From: Lama glama
Taxonomy: Eukaryota
Assembly (NCBI GenBank): GCA_028534125.1
Contig: CM052817.1
Coordinates: 25,546,001 to 25,606,000 of the forward strand
Direction of reading: 5' to 3'
Length of the DNA stretch: 60,000 nucleotides
Position 1 is the stretch's first letter. Every line of letters begins with the position of its first letter. The position numbers and the translations under genes were made by a program. The notes below the pieces were generated by a model. The model was not told where the DNA came from. It was given only the letters and a program-made list of their open reading frames with translations, and made no database searches. Positions 32,900 through 47,460 of the stretch are shown here, piece by piece.

Positions 32900-35800
32900 A
32901 ACTGTGGTTGTGTGTTCTAACCTGGCTGGTGGCTCTCTGAGGGATCCACTCAGGACCTTGCCTTTGTTTCACCCAACTCAGAACTTCCTCAGGGCTGGAC
33001 CAGCCTCCTGGGCAGTGTTTCAAAAACCTTTAAAGGCATATATACCAGTCACAGCTACTTGAAACAAAAGGTCACAAATGGGGCAGGCAACAGACAACCA
33101 AAAAGCCAGAGAAGGAAGAGGCTGGGAAAGGAGGAAAATGGGAGAAAAGGGCTTTGGAAAGCTCTGTATACCAGACAACCTAGAAGGTCACGCACATGCC
33201 CAGGGCTGGAGGCATGCTCACAGAAGACCTGAGCAAATCCCAGGCTTTCGCCTCTAGTTGATTTTTAGGCTCTGTGCCAGCAGAAAGGAGAGGCTAAGGC
33301 AGAGCTGTAAACAGTCTGGAGAAGCACAGAGTCAATCTGTAAAGATCAGAAATTTTGTTTTTTCTTTCGTTTTATTTTCTTCTCCAGATGTTTAAGAAAA
33401 TCTCTGCCGAAAAAAATGCGACAATGAATATATGTACGTTTATGTATAACTGAAAAATTGTGCGCTACACTGGAAATTGACACAACATTGTAAAATGACT
33501 ATAACTCAATAAAAAATGTTAAAAAAAGAAAATCTCTGCTGAATCACTAGCTGACAACTAAGCCAATGGAACAGAATTCAATGGTCACACATAAGAAGGA
33601 ATACAGTCTTTATAAATATAGTTTCAAAACATCACTAAACAAACAAACAGCCATAACCCATAGCAAGAAGCAACAACAAACGCTGGGAGAGAGGCGTATC
33701 CGAGTTACCACACTCTGATGTTTCCAGAGTCACCCCATTATCATATTCAAAATGTCTGCTTTACACAAAAGAACTATGAGGCATGCAAAGAAATTAGAAA
33801 GTATTTTCTATTCATAGAGAAAAAGAATAAAAAGAACAAAGAGAACTGACAACATCCAACTTCAAGTCTTACATAAAGCTACAGTAATTAAGACAGTGTG
33901 GTGTTGGTGTAAGAATGGACAGATAGATAGCTCAAAAATCGACCCACACAAATATAGTCAACTGACCTTTGACAAAGGAGCAAAGGCAATTTGGTGAAGA
34001 AAGGATAGTCCTTTTAACAAATGGTGCTGGAACAACTAGACGTTCCACACGCAATAAAAGTGAAGGTCTAACTCAAAATGGATAACAGATCTAAATGTAA
34101 AATACAGAACTATAAAACTTCTAGAGGCTGGTACAGGAGAAAATCTAGGTGACCGTGAATTTGACAATGACTTTTCTGACACAACATCAAAAGCACAATC
34201 CATGGAAGAAAAAATTGTTATGTTGGACTTCATTAAAATTAAAATTTTCTGCTTTGCAAAAGATACTCTTAGAAAAATGAAAAGACAAGCCACAGACTGG
34301 GAGAAAATATTTGCAGAACACATGTCTGATGAAGAATTTGTATCCAAAATATAGAAAGAACTCAGATACAAACTACTATATACAGAATAGATAAACAAGG
34401 TCCTACTGTATATCACAGGGAAGTATATTCAATAGCTTGTAAAAACCTGTAATGAAAATGTGTGTGTGTGTATATGTATGTATGTATATATATACATATA
34501 TATATATGTATTAAACCGAATCACCAGAAATCAACAGAACATTGTAAATCAACTATACGTCAATAAAAAAAATGAAGAACTCGAACTCAATAAGAAAATA
34601 AACAACACAATTTTTAAATGGGCAAAAGATCTGAACAGATGTCTTGCCAAAGAAGACATACAAATGGTAAATGAGGGCATGAAAAGATAACTTGATATCA
34701 TTTGTCATCAGAGAATTGCAAATTAAAGCAACAATGAAAAACCACTCCATACCTGTCCAAAAAATCCTGGCCAGTCATGAAACCACATCAAATGTTGCTG
34801 AGGGTATGGAGCAACAGGGACTCTTATTGCTGAAATTTAAAATGGTACAGATACTTTGGAAGACAGTCTGACAGTTTCTTACAAAGCCAAACATAGTCTT
34901 ATCATATGATCCAACAATCACACTCCTAATTGTTTATCCAAATGAATTAAAAACCTATGTTCACACAAAAACCTGCACATGGATGTTTACAGAAGTTTTA
35001 TTTATTACTGCCAAAAACTGAAAGCAACAAGATATTCTTCAATAGGTAAAAAGATAAACTGTGGTACATCCATACAATGGAATATTATTCAGCAATAAGA
35101 AGTGAGCTATCAAGCCACAAAAAGTCATAGAGGAACCAAAATGCAGATTGCTAAGTAAAATAAGCCAATCTGAAAAGGCTACCAACTATATGATTGCAAC
35201 TCTGTAACATTCTGGAAAAGGCAAAACTAAAGAGACAATAAAAAGATCAGTGGTTGCAGGGGGCTGGGGGAGAGAGGGATGAATAGACAGAGTACAGAGG
35301 ATTTTTAGGGCAGTGAAACTATTTCATATGACATTGTAATGGCGGATATAAGACCTTACGCATTTGTCAAAACCCACAGAACTGTACAACACAAAGACTG
35401 AATCCTAATGTAAATGATAGACCTTAGTTAATAATAATATATCAATATTGGCTCACCAATTATAACAACTGCACCACAGTAATGCGAAATGTTATAATAC
35501 GGAAAACTGTGTGCAGTGGAGAGGGGGTATTTGGGAACTGTCTGGCCCATTTCCTCAATTTTTCTGTAAACATAAAGCTGCTCTAAAAATAAAGTCCATT
35601 AATTTTTTTTTTAAAGGAGAAGAAGAGAAATCAATAGAAATGTCCCTGAGGAAGCACAGGCATTGACTTTCTAGACAAAGACTTTTTTTAATTGAAGTAA
35701 AGTCAATTTACAATGTGTTAATTTCTGGTGTGCAGTGTAGTGATTCAGTTTTTAATATATATGTGTGTGTGTGTATATATATGTATGTATTTCTTTTCAC

Positions 35801-36505
35801 ATTCTTTTTCATTACAGGCATTACAAGGTATGGAATATAGTTCCCTGTGCACTACAGTAGGACCTTGTTGTTTTATCTTTTATAATACCTATTTTATAGT
35901 AGTTAGTATCTACAAATCCCAAACTTCCAATTTATCCCTCCCTACCCCTTCCCCCTCTGGTAACCCTAAGTTTATCTACATGTCTGTGAATCTGTTTGTG
36001 TTTTGTAAGTAAGTTCATTTGTACTTTTTTTTAGATTCCACATGTGAGTGATATCATATGATATTTTTCTTCCTCTGTCTGGCTAGCTTCACTTAGAATG
36101 ATGATCTTGAGGTCCACCCATGTTGCTGCAAATGACATTATTTTATTTCTTTTTATGGCTGAGTAGTATTCCATTGTATAAATATACCACATCTTCTTTA
36201 TCCAGTCATCTGTTAATGGACATTTAGGTTGCTTTCATGTTTTGGCTATTATAAATAGTGCTGCTATGAAAATTGGGGTGCAAGTGTCTTTTTGAAGTAG
36301 GGTTCCTTCTGGATATATGCCCAGGAGTGGGATTACTGGGTCACATGGTAAGTCTATTTTCAGTTTTTTAAGGAATCCCCATACTATTTTCCATAATGGC
36401 TGCACCAAACTGCATTCCCACCAGAAGTGTAGGAGGGTTCCTTTTTCTCCCTACCCTCTCCAGCATTTATTGTTTGTGGACTTTTTAATGATATGGCCAT
36501 TCTAA
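32900..36505. mobile_element. Cluster of L1 fragments in the TLR6 intron (old plus-strand L1MC-like with nested young L1 ends; minus-strand L1 at ~35685-36505)
   Basis: ORF2/3'UTR motifs (aaatggtgctggaacaactaga, tccatacaatggaatattattcagc). A nested L1 end at 33408-33525 has TSD AAGAAAATCTCTGC. Confidence 0.75.
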
Positions 36506-38959
36506 CAAAGGCTTTCGGTTTTAAAAGTTAACTACGTGCCTATAGTCTCTTTTCATTAGACTCAGAGAATCCTTTATTCTTTTTCAAAGAGCAGTCCTTT
36601 TATACCCTCAAAATGTTATACTTATCAGTTTGATCATCTAAAATCGTACAAAGGGAGCTATTCCCAGAAACTACAAGATGTTCTCAAGAGCCTACAGCAG
36701 TATTCAGTTTGGCACTATGCTCAGTCATAGGCTGCCACCAGTGACCCATCATGGGAGAAGGGCTAAAGAATTCATTTCTCTCCTTCTCCATGGACTAATC
36801 TCATTTCTGAAAACCTGATACATGGAGAATGTCAGCTGTGTTACTGGAAAACATTACTTATGATAAAAATGACCACTGAACAGTAAATAGCATCCAGGCT
36901 GAAAGGACTGTGTATGAACTATATACACCAAGTAGAAATTGAACTCTATTCCCCATACTGTATCTTTCTGAGTAAACTGGGGCCAAGCATGGCCTGTTAG
37001 GGCTTGTGTATCTGAATGCTGAGATGATCCTGAGAGGTATTGCTGGTGGGCACTCCTGGTGCCAGCAGTGGGCTAGACTTTCAGATCCTCAGCTCAATTT
37101 GGCCAAGTCAACATGAGATGAAAAGGATGGGGAGGAAGGTGGCTGACAAGTCCTCAAGGCACAGTTGGAAGGCCTATTCACCTGTAGCTTGCTGGCTAAA
37201 TTTCTATGGCATATGGCAGGATCAGTCCTTCTGTGAGGGCAAATGAGGATAGGAATGAGGCCAGGTTTGTGCTACAGGAAGAACTATCTAGAATCTTTTC
37301 CTCCATGAACTGACCTCACCTAAGCCAGCTGTAGCTGGGTTGGCAGAGATGATACTACCATTCATGGAGCCATTTGAGAAGATATGATTAATAATAAGCC
37401 AAACTAGCCCGGTCATCAGGGGGATGCACTAGCCCACAGACCCCATGCTTGTGATTGAGACAAAGGGGTGAGACAAAAATTGTGCAAAAGGTCAAGCAAG
37501 AAGCCAATCCCAGAAACTCAGACATACACTCATGAGTCTACATCACCCCGGCTCTGATCTGAAGAGAAAAATATCTATGATCCCCAACAGGGAATAAAAC
37601 CTGGCAAGGACAGACAAGCCTCCATGCCCCCTAACCCCCACAGCAGCATCCTGAGAGCAGCAATGGCAGCTGTGCGGGCCACAGGGCAGCCTCCCGCGCC
37701 TACGCTGGGGAGCCCACAACCACACCAGCCTGGAGCCACCTACAGGTAGACGTTAGAAGTGCTCTTACAGACTGGAGAGGGGCAGTTGAGATAATACATA
37801 TACTGCTCTTTCCAGTCCCAGGAGATTTTTTTTTTAGTCACAGGATCTCATTTTTTGACACAACTCCCATAAAAATGGACATGTGTTTCTCCATCTCACA
37901 TTAGACCCATAGCAACAAATTAAGAGAGGCAGAGTTTGGCACTTGACAATCTGAAATCATTAAGTTTCTACAGTTGACACACTGATAAAATAGAAGATAC
38001 AGAAACAGTAAAAGAGTACATCAAAGAAGTCAGAAGACACGCTAGGACAAAGCTGCTGTATGTAAGGGAGAACAGAAAGTCTCACTGTACTACAACGGAT
38101 TACGGACATTGCCTCTATTGACAATGATGCTGAGTGAATGAGAAAAGATTACCTGGCTGAGGCGGGGAGACAGGTGCACCATCCCACAGACCCAGTATTT
38201 GCTACTGGGACAGAGGCAACAGTTGGTGAGGCTTGCTCAAACCCATGCAGGATCTGATCTGCATACACACAAAAAAGCATCTAGGCGCCCCTCAGGAGAC
38301 AAAAGCAGACAACATTTCTTAAGTAGGGCCTTGTGTAGCAGGAATAATTGAGAACAGATTTTGACTGCTTCTTGTTGTTCGGCTTTATTAATAAAAGAAC
38401 CCACTGCTCATCACTTGAGGGCATACTGCAAATAGCAAAATAGATGAGTAGAGTTTAAATTAGTCATTCTTTGGACAAGTAAAAACTCTTCGGAATTGGG
38501 GGAATTTCATTACAAAATAGCATATAGTAGTAAAAAGTCCCTCCCTGCTCCTCCAACACAGCATCTCAAGCCAACTGCCCACCCAAACACTCAAGAAAAC
38601 ACAGAAACTCTCAAAAACCCACCTTGCCACCCAAAACAAAGGGTGGAAAATTAATGGCAGGATCTAAAAGCATCTACACTCATGAAAAAGTGTGTGGAGC
38701 TGTATTAAGGAAAACCTGACATACTCAAGCTTTGTTTCAGGAAAATAGACTCCCTTATACAAGAATTGTGTCCCCTCTCTGTTTGTCTCTGAGTCAAACA
38801 CCAAGGATGAGTAACAACCAGGTAATTAAGTAGCATTTCTTTTACCCCAATGCTATTGATGTGAGTGGGTCACAATACTCAGTTTTCCTTCTACAGACCA
38901 TCACCTTCTAGTTCTCCAAGATTTCTACACCTAGTTAGTGATGGACATTATCATGTGAG

Positions 38960-40172
38960 AACTGGGCAAGAAGCACTCTCACCACTCCTATTTAACATAA
39001 TACTGAAAGTTCTAACCAGAGCAATTATGCAAGAAAAAGAAATAAAAGGCATCCCAATTGGAAAGGAAGAAGTAAAATTATCTCTGTTTGCAGATGACCT
39101 GATTTTATATGTAGAGAATCCTAAAGCTTCCACCAAAAAACTGTTAGAACTAATAAACAAATTCAGTAAGTTACAGGAACCAAAACTAACATACAAAATC
39201 AATTGTGTTTCTATGCACTAACAACAAACTATATGAAAAAGAAATAAAGAAGATAATCCCACTTACAAATGCATCAGAAAGAATAAAATACCTAAGAATA
39301 AATTTAACCAAGGAGGTGAAAAACCTGTACACTGAAAACTACGAGGCATTGATGAAAGAAATTGAAGAAGACACAACTAAATGGAATGATATGCCATGTT
39401 CATTGATCAGAAGGCTTAAAGTTGTTAAGATGTCCATACTACCCAAAGCCATCTATAGATTTAATGCAATCCCTATCAAATTCCAATGGCATTTTCCAAA
39501 GAAATGAAAAATAATCCTAAAATTCATATGGAACCACAAAAGACCCTGCAAAGCCAAAACAATTCTGAGATAGAGCAAAGCTGGAGGCATCACACTTCCT
39601 GATTTCAAATATTACAAAGCTATAGTAATTAAAATAGTGTGGTATTGGCATAAAAACAGACAATCCACATTAATGGAAAAAATCAAGAACTGAGAAATAA
39701 GCCCAAACATATATGATCAACTAATATTTGACAAGAGAATCAAGAATACTCAATGGGGTGATGGTTGTCTTTTCAATAAATTGTGTTGGGGAAAGTGGAT
39801 ATGCACCTGCAAAAGAATGAAATTAGACTCCTAATTTACCCTACTCACAAAAATTTACAATGGATGAAAACCTTAACTAAAAGACCTGAAACCATAAAAA
39901 TCCTGTAAAAAAACATAGGAGAAAATTCCTCAACATTGGTCTTGGAAATGATTTTTTTGGATCTGGCACCAAAAACATAAGCAACAAATGCAAAAATAAA
40001 CAAGCAGGGCTTATCAAACTTCAAGTCTTCTGCACAGAAACAGAAACAAAAAATGAACTGGACAGCAGCATGTAAAACAATGAAGCTAGAACACTCCCTT
40101 ACACCATATACAAAAATCAACTCAAAATGGATCAAAGACTTAAACATAAGACAAGATACAATAAACCTCCTA
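38960..40172 (+). mobile_element. L1 ORF2 fragment (RT region) running into an assembly gap
   Basis: [10 protein letters not shown]...[27 protein letters not shown] and ILPKAIYRFNAIPIK. Confidence 0.9.
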
Positions 40173-41309
40173 NNNNNNNNNNNNNNNNNNNNNNNNNNNN
40201 NNNNNNNNNNNNNNNNNNNNNNNNNNNNNNNNNNNNNNNNNNNNNNNNNNNNNNNNNNNNNNNNNNNNNNNNNNNNNNNNNNNNNNNNNNNNNNNNNNNN
40301 NNNNNNNNNNNNNNNNNNNNNNNNNNNNNNNNNNNNNNNNNNNNNNNNNNNNNNNNNNNNNNNNNNNNNNNNNNNNNNNNNNNNNNNNNNNNNNNNNNNN
40401 NNNNNNNNNNNNNNNNNNNNNNNNNNNNNNNNNNNNNNNNNNNNNNNNNNNNNNNNNNNNNNNNNNNNNNNNNNNNNNNNNNNNNNNNNNNNNNNNNNNN
40501 NNNNNNNNNNNNNNNNNNNNNNNNNNNNNNNNNNNNNNNNNNNNNNNNNNNNNNNNNNNNNNNNNNNNNNNNNNNNNNNNNNNNNNNNNNNNNNNNNNNN
40601 NNNNNNNNNNNNNNNNNNNNNNNNNNNNNNNNNNNNNNNNNNNNNNNNNNNNNNNNNNNNNNNNNNNNNNNNTTTCATACCAGTTAAAACAAATAGCTCA
40701 CAGTGAAAATACAACAGATAAGAACACATATACAATCAATAACTGTGCATCAAAATTTACAAAGTAAAAGCATTGAAAATATAAGGAGACATTGATAGTA
40801 AAAGTATTTAGTCTATTTCTCTGGGTAATAGTTAGATCATGTAGCAAAAAATCAACATATATGGAGGATTTGAATAAAATAATAAAGAATCTAATAGAGA
40901 CAGAAACTTTGATCCTACCAAGAGAATATTGTGTAGCTAAGTACCCAGGGTTCATGGAACATTTACTAAATTTGATTGTTTCTTATGTCAAATAAATTTT
41001 TAAATAAATACCCCAAAGCAGAAGTTGTTAAAGTCATATTTCTGACTACAAAATAAACTTCTAAAATCACTTTTTAACCATTCTAAATATGTTCTAGGTT
41101 ACAAAAGCCACATTTTCAATTATAAGCATTAAAAATTGGAAGTCAACAGGGTGTTATGCACATGCTTCAGCCTCCTCCTCTTGCCCTAAATCTCCAAAAT
41201 GATGAAACACACACACTTCAAAGCTGGAAGGGAAGTCGTTAGGGGAACTGAAACCAAGAGAAGTCTCTGAGAACCACAAACAGACTGGGCTACAATAGAC
41301 AGAACACTA

Positions 41310-41757
41310 GCCTCCCACTTCCTAATCCCAGAACTTGTAAATATGCTGTTACATGGAAAAAAGGAATTAAAGTTGTAGATAGAATTAATGTTGGTAATCA
41401 GCTGACCTTAAAATTTACTCAAGTGAGCCCAATATAATCAAAAGTGTCCTTAAAAGTGGAAGAGGGAGGCAGAAGAGGCCAGAGTGATGTGACGTGAGAA
41501 AGACTTTACATTCCTTAAGGAAGGGGGCCATGAGGCAAGGAATGCAGGCAGTCTATAGAAACCTTTAGAAGCTCAAAAAGGCAAGTCAGTAGATTCTCCC
41601 TGAGAGCCTCCAAAAGCAATACAGCCTTGCTAACATCTTGACTTAAACCCAACAAGACCTATGATGGACTACTAGCCTACAGAACTGTAAGATGATAAAG
41701 TTTTTAAGCCACTAAGTTGTGGTAATTTGTTACAGCAGCAATAGAAAATTAATACAG
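41310..41757 (+). mobile_element. MLT1 (MLT1D-like) LTR
   Basis: ctaatccccagaac...gttacatgg, aatcagctgaccttaaa and gattctccctgagagcctcc. It ends aagccactaag...tttgttacagcagcaatagaaaattaataca. Confidence 0.75.
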
Positions 41758-44700
41758 ACTAGTTGGTCCACCCTTCTAACAAGCAGGCTGTGAAAAGAGA
41801 TCAGCAAGCAGTTTTACACAAAGCCTCAATCAACCACAAGTTGGGTTGAACCACCAAGAAGCATGACACGTTTACAAAGCAAACACTGTGACAGAAAGGA
41901 TCCAAATTCAAGATATGAGAGGCATTCACACCCAGGGAGGCATTTATAATAGACAGAAATCCTCAGAGAGGTATGATTCTAAAAAAGAATGGAGTAGGAA
42001 TCATGCAAATTAAAAACTTAATAATTCAAGTGGAAAACTCATTGGCTGAGTTGAATCACAGAGCAGCAATGCCGACATGAGAAGTTGAGACAGAAGTCCA
42101 AGAAGAGAAATTGTCTCAAAACACAGTCCAAGAGGCTAAAGAGATGACATATATGAATGAAATGCTAAAAGACATGGAAGACAGACCCACTAATTACTAA
42201 AGGATAGACGCTATTGTCTGAAAAAGAAACTCACTCCAAAAAAATTAGGACTCAAGAGGGAATACTTTGTAAAGAAAATTTATTGCTAAATCCCAATAAG
42301 TATTGATGACAATAATTTTAATAACAATCTGGAATTGAAATTGCCAATGATAACAAGGGTGTTAGTAGACAGAAGTGGAAGGAGAGGGAGAGATTGGACC
42401 AAAAGCATGTTAAGATACTCAGCTGATTGAGGGGAAGCTATAGATACCAATTAACTCAAGATTCTGTTAGAGGAATATAAATTTAAATATGTATATAATA
42501 AAATTAAGAGTAAATATTAGAAAATAAAAGAGATAAATTCCAATTATTTGGTAGTGGGGAGAAGTTCAGAATGAAGAAACCCATATCAGTGTAGCTCTAT
42601 GTTGAAGGAATGGTACACAATAATTAATTCGGATGTTTCTGGGATTGTAAGAGTGGTGTATTGTCAGCAAATCTATGACAGTAACACAGCAATAGATAAA
42701 AGGAGAAAAATAGATGAGCATCTCCATAGATGTTAAAAATTCACTTGATAAAATTCAGCATTCATCTTTGATCAAAAATACATTAATTAAAGTTGATATT
42801 TAAAAGATACTTTAAAAACTTGATAAATAATATATCAAATATCTACCTTAAATCAATGTCCCACCTTCAAAGCATTTCTGTTAAAGTCAATGTCAAGGAT
42901 GCCTACTGTTATTTAACACTATTTTAGAATTTCTAGCCATTGTAATTAAGGGGGTGAAATGAGAGATAGAAATATTGGAAAGGAGGAAATAAAATTATCA
43001 TTATTTTTAGATATGACTGTCAATGTGGAAAATCCCAGAGAAGTAACTGAAAAACTGTTAGAACCAGTAAAGGAGTGTAATAAAAGAGGTAGTATAAAAT
43101 AAATTTTCTAAAAATAAATCTGATTATTCAAAAAAAACAAGTTGTCAAATAAATTATGGTATCTCCATATAATTAAATATTACTGAGTGGCCTTTAAAAA
43201 GAATAAAAGTCTAATCCCATGGAACATTGCTTACCATCTCCATGTAACAAAAGGTTTTTTTTTTTTTAATGTGTAACAGTTAATACATACACATGCACGT
43301 GGAAAAATTAGTAAAATACATACCAAGATATTAACGGATTATCTCTGTGGTAAAATTATAAAAGGTTTTATTTTCCTCTTAGCTGTTTCCTGTATTTTTC
43401 AACTTGTAAACATTTAAAATTAAGTAGAACACATTACTTGTTCAGAAAATTTACCCCCCCAAGATCAATAGCTAATAATATCAACAATGTCCAATCTCAC
43501 AAAAAATAAAAATGCATATTAAAGCAAAGTAGAATATAGCATCTAAATGAAATTATGATGTTGGATTGGGTCTCAATTTAGACAGAGCTGCTGTAAAAGT
43601 TAACAAGGGAGAAAGGATTTTAAGATGGACCAGGTATTAGATTCTATCAAGAAATAAATGTTAATTTTTGATAATGTTATTTGGCTATGCAGGAAAATGT
43701 ACTTTTTTAAGAGATAAACAACGAAGCATTTAGAGATGAAACATTAGAATGCCTATAATTTAAGATATTTAAGCATAGGAAGATAAAGTGAATCAAATGG
43801 GAATTTTTGCTTCTTACATATTTTTAAAAAGACATGATTATTTGCAGCTGCCAAATTGGGAAAGTTCAAAAATATAATACCCAGTGTTGGCAGGTGGGAC
43901 TAAAACAAGAATTCTCATTTACTACTGGCAGGAAAGAAAAATTAGTAGACCCCTTCTGAAGGGCAATTTGGTCACGTATATAAATTCCTTAAACGTATGC
44001 TTACCCTTGTTTTAACAATTCCACTTCTCAGAATTTTCTTCTAAAGAAATACACATAAAAATATTACTGTGAGGATGCTCATGACATGATGGAAAACCGA
44101 AAAAAATCATGACTAGTATAGAAAATAGTTTAATTAATTACACTACACCTGTCACATGGAGCAACATGCAGCCTCAAATGTTTTAAAGAAAAGTCTACAA
44201 TATAACGTGCAGTGAATAAAAGAATACAAAATTATGTATGTAGTAGGACTTAAATTTTGTAAAATGTGGTTCAAATCTGAAAAATACACAAAGCCTGGGG
44301 GGGAAATGGGAAGAAATGTACTAAATGTTAATAGTGGTTATCTCTGCATCTCTAAATCACAGATTAATTTTCTTTCTCATACTTTTGTATATTTTCAAAA
44401 TTTCTAATTGTGAACATCTCTTACAAGTTGAAAGACTTATCTTAAAATATAGCTGATATGAAATATTTTATATTTAAATAAACACACCTATATTATTTTA
44501 TACATATATATACAAATAACATACAGAGAGGGAGAGAGACAGAGCAAGAGAGAACTTTCATATGATACTAGATAATTGACATTCATGAAAGAGAACCCAT
44601 TCAGAGTTCTCTCCATGGCATCTGTGTTCAGGGGACTGAATCTTAGCCACTATATAGAAAAGTTGATCAGCTCCCTTTTATCACCCAGTTCCCAAAACAC

Positions 44701-45661
44701 AAGTATTCCTCCTCAGTCATTTATACCCTAAAGTCTTTCCTGGTGTATACACTAAAGCTAGGAACTTCTACACCTAAGGGGGAAAAGAAAAGGAGAGAAA
44801 TAAAGGGAGAAGAGAGCAGATCAGAGAGTTCACAACTTCTTTTTTAAAGGAAGTGAGAAGGGATAAAAGCTAAAAGTTCTTTTTTTTCTTTAATGCATCA
44901 AATGAAAAGGGGGAGAAAAAAGACAGATGGAAGAAGCTCTACATCAAGGGGGGGAAAACAATGGTAGATAGGCTCTGCAAAAACTAAAACTACAAAAAAA
45001 GAAAAGACTAGAAAAACATTGTGTCATTCCATAATCAAATCAACAAATACGCAAGAGAAATACTGTATTATTAGTCAAAGTTTAGGTGAGAAAGTTGAGT
45101 AAGGCCAGTTCTCGGCCAGTCCCTGCCACTTCTTCCACTGAATAAATGTTTATTCAAAGTGTACTGTGCGCCAGCACCATGTTAGACGTTAAGTGCTGGG
45201 ATATAAAGACAACTAGTCCGGGCACAATCCCTGCTTTCAAAAGCTTTTACATTAGTGATAGACACAAAGAAACAATGACAGCGATCAAACACTCCTGTCT
45301 AATATAAAAATACATAACGTGATAGGTGCCGCATAAGTGGCACAAACTACTGTAAACCTTACTGAACACCAGAAACTAGGTAGGGAAAGGTGAAAAGAGA
45401 AAATGCAGTAGACAAAAACAGAAGAAATAACATCGGTTATTTTTTTCCCTTAACAATGACAAGTGCTAGTTATTTTTATACCTTTCAGGATGGTCATGTT
45501 TCTTTATCTTTCTCATATAGTTAAAAAAACGATTGCAGCATTAAAAACAAACAAAAAAACCTTAAAATCATCTTGCAATTACCTATTTCCTATACCATGT
45601 TAGCATTTTCTTGCTTATTAAAAGTAATTAGTCCACAATTTGAAAAAGCCATCTTACTTAC

Positions 45662-45830
45662 CAAGACTTCTTTCTCAGAAGAACAGAAAATAACTTTCAA
45701 ATGCTAGGGGAAAAAAATGTACTCGACAAAACCACAAGTCCTTAGTTGAAGTAAAGCAAGACCATAGAAACGGTTTTGCGCCACCTGTCGGACCTTACTG
45801 GAATTACTCCTACATGTGAATTTCCCCTTC
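45662..45830 (-). promoter_or_regulatory. TLR6: TLR6 first non-coding exon (~45662-45713) and promoter
   Basis: The minus strand catttgaaagttattttctgttcttctgagaaagaagtcttg|GTAAGT resembles the human TLR6 mRNA 5' end as I recall it. CTCF-like CCGACAGGTGGCGC at 45791-45778 and kappaB-like GGGGAAATTCAC at 45827-45816. Confidence 0.7.
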
Positions 45831-46265
45831 AAGGGTCATGTGCAAAGCATGTGGGTCAGTAGGTTTCCTGGGCTATGGACTAAAACAGTAATCAAATTTT
45901 TAAATTCACATGAGCACGAGGCTTATGACAATTTCCGTGTGAAGAAAAATGCTTTTCTATGTTAATATTTATCTGTAAGAGTTTGCAGCCTCAATGTTAA
46001 GGTGTCACCATGGCAGTGGATCAAACAAACAGTGCTGCACTGAACTCTTCACAGCACCATGTACCAGCTGTGTGGCCTTGGACAGACACTTAACCTCAAA
46101 GACTCCATTTATTCAGCCATAAAATGGGACTGGTTGTGACTTTTAGGGAAGATAATAAATAAAAAGTAGCTGGAATAGTGACTGACATAGAAGACAAGTC
46201 ATTATAGTAAGGAGTTTTAGAATTCTATGCAAGCCTTATTTTTTTTTATGCTGAGGTGGAAAGAC

Positions 46266-47399
46266 TTTTTTAATTGAAATATAGTTGATTTATAATGTGT
46301 TAGTTTCAGGTGTAGAGCAAAGAGATTCAGTTTACATATATATACACACACACACATTATATATAATGTACATATTTACACACACACATTCTTTATCAGA
46401 CTCTTTTCCATTATAGGTTATTACAAGATATTGAATATAGTTCCCTGTGCTATACAGTAGGACATCACTGGCTATCTATTTTATATATAGTAGTGTGTAT
46501 ATGTTAATCCCATGCTCCTAATTAACCCCCTGCCACTTCCCCTTTGGTAACCCCATAGTTGTTTCCTGTATCTGGTTTGTAAATAAGTTCATTTATATAA
46601 TTTTTTATTTTTAGATTCCACATATAAGTGATACATATGATATTTATATTTCTCTATCTGACTTACTTCACTTAGTATGATAATCTCCATGTTCATCCAT
46701 GTAGCTACAGATGGCATTATTTCATTTTTTATGGTTGAGTAGTATTCTATTATATATATCACATATATATATATACCACAACTTCTTTGTCCAGTCACCT
46801 GTTGATGGAAATTTAGGTTGTTTCCATGTCTTAGCTACTGTAAACAGTGCTGCTATGAACATTGGGGTGTATTATCTTTTTGAATTAGAGTTCCCTCTGG
46901 ATATATGCCAAAGAGTGGGGTTGCTGGATCATATGGTAGGTCTATTTTTAGTTTTTTAAGGAATCTCCATACTATTTTCCATAACGGCTGCACCAAACTG
47001 TATTCCCACCAACAGTGTAGGAGGGTTCCCTTGTCTCCACACCCTCTCCAGGATTTATTATTTGTGGACTTTTCAATGACGGTCATTCTGACCAGTGTAA
47101 GGTGATGCCTCACTGCAGTTGTGATTTTCATTTCTCCAATAATTAGCAATATTGAGCATCTTTTCATGTGTGTGTTGGCCATCTGTATGTCTTCTTTGGA
47201 GAAATGTCTATTTAGGTCTTTTGCCCATTTTTTGATTGGGTTGTTTGGGTTTTTTTGATGCTAAGCTATATGAGCTGTTTGTATATTTTGGAAATTAATC
47301 CCTTGTCAGTATCATTGTTTGCAATATCTTCTCCTATTCCATATGTTGTCTTTTCATTTTGCTTATGGTTTCCTTTGCTGTAAAAAAGCTTTTAAGTTT
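46266..47399 (-). mobile_element. L1 3' fragment
   Basis: Antisense L1 3'UTR and ORF2 C-terminus ([32 protein letters not shown]). Confidence 0.85.
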
Positions 47400-47460
47400 A
47401 AAAGACAATATCTTGATTTTGGACTTCTGGCCTTCAAAACTGTGAGAGAATAAATTTCTG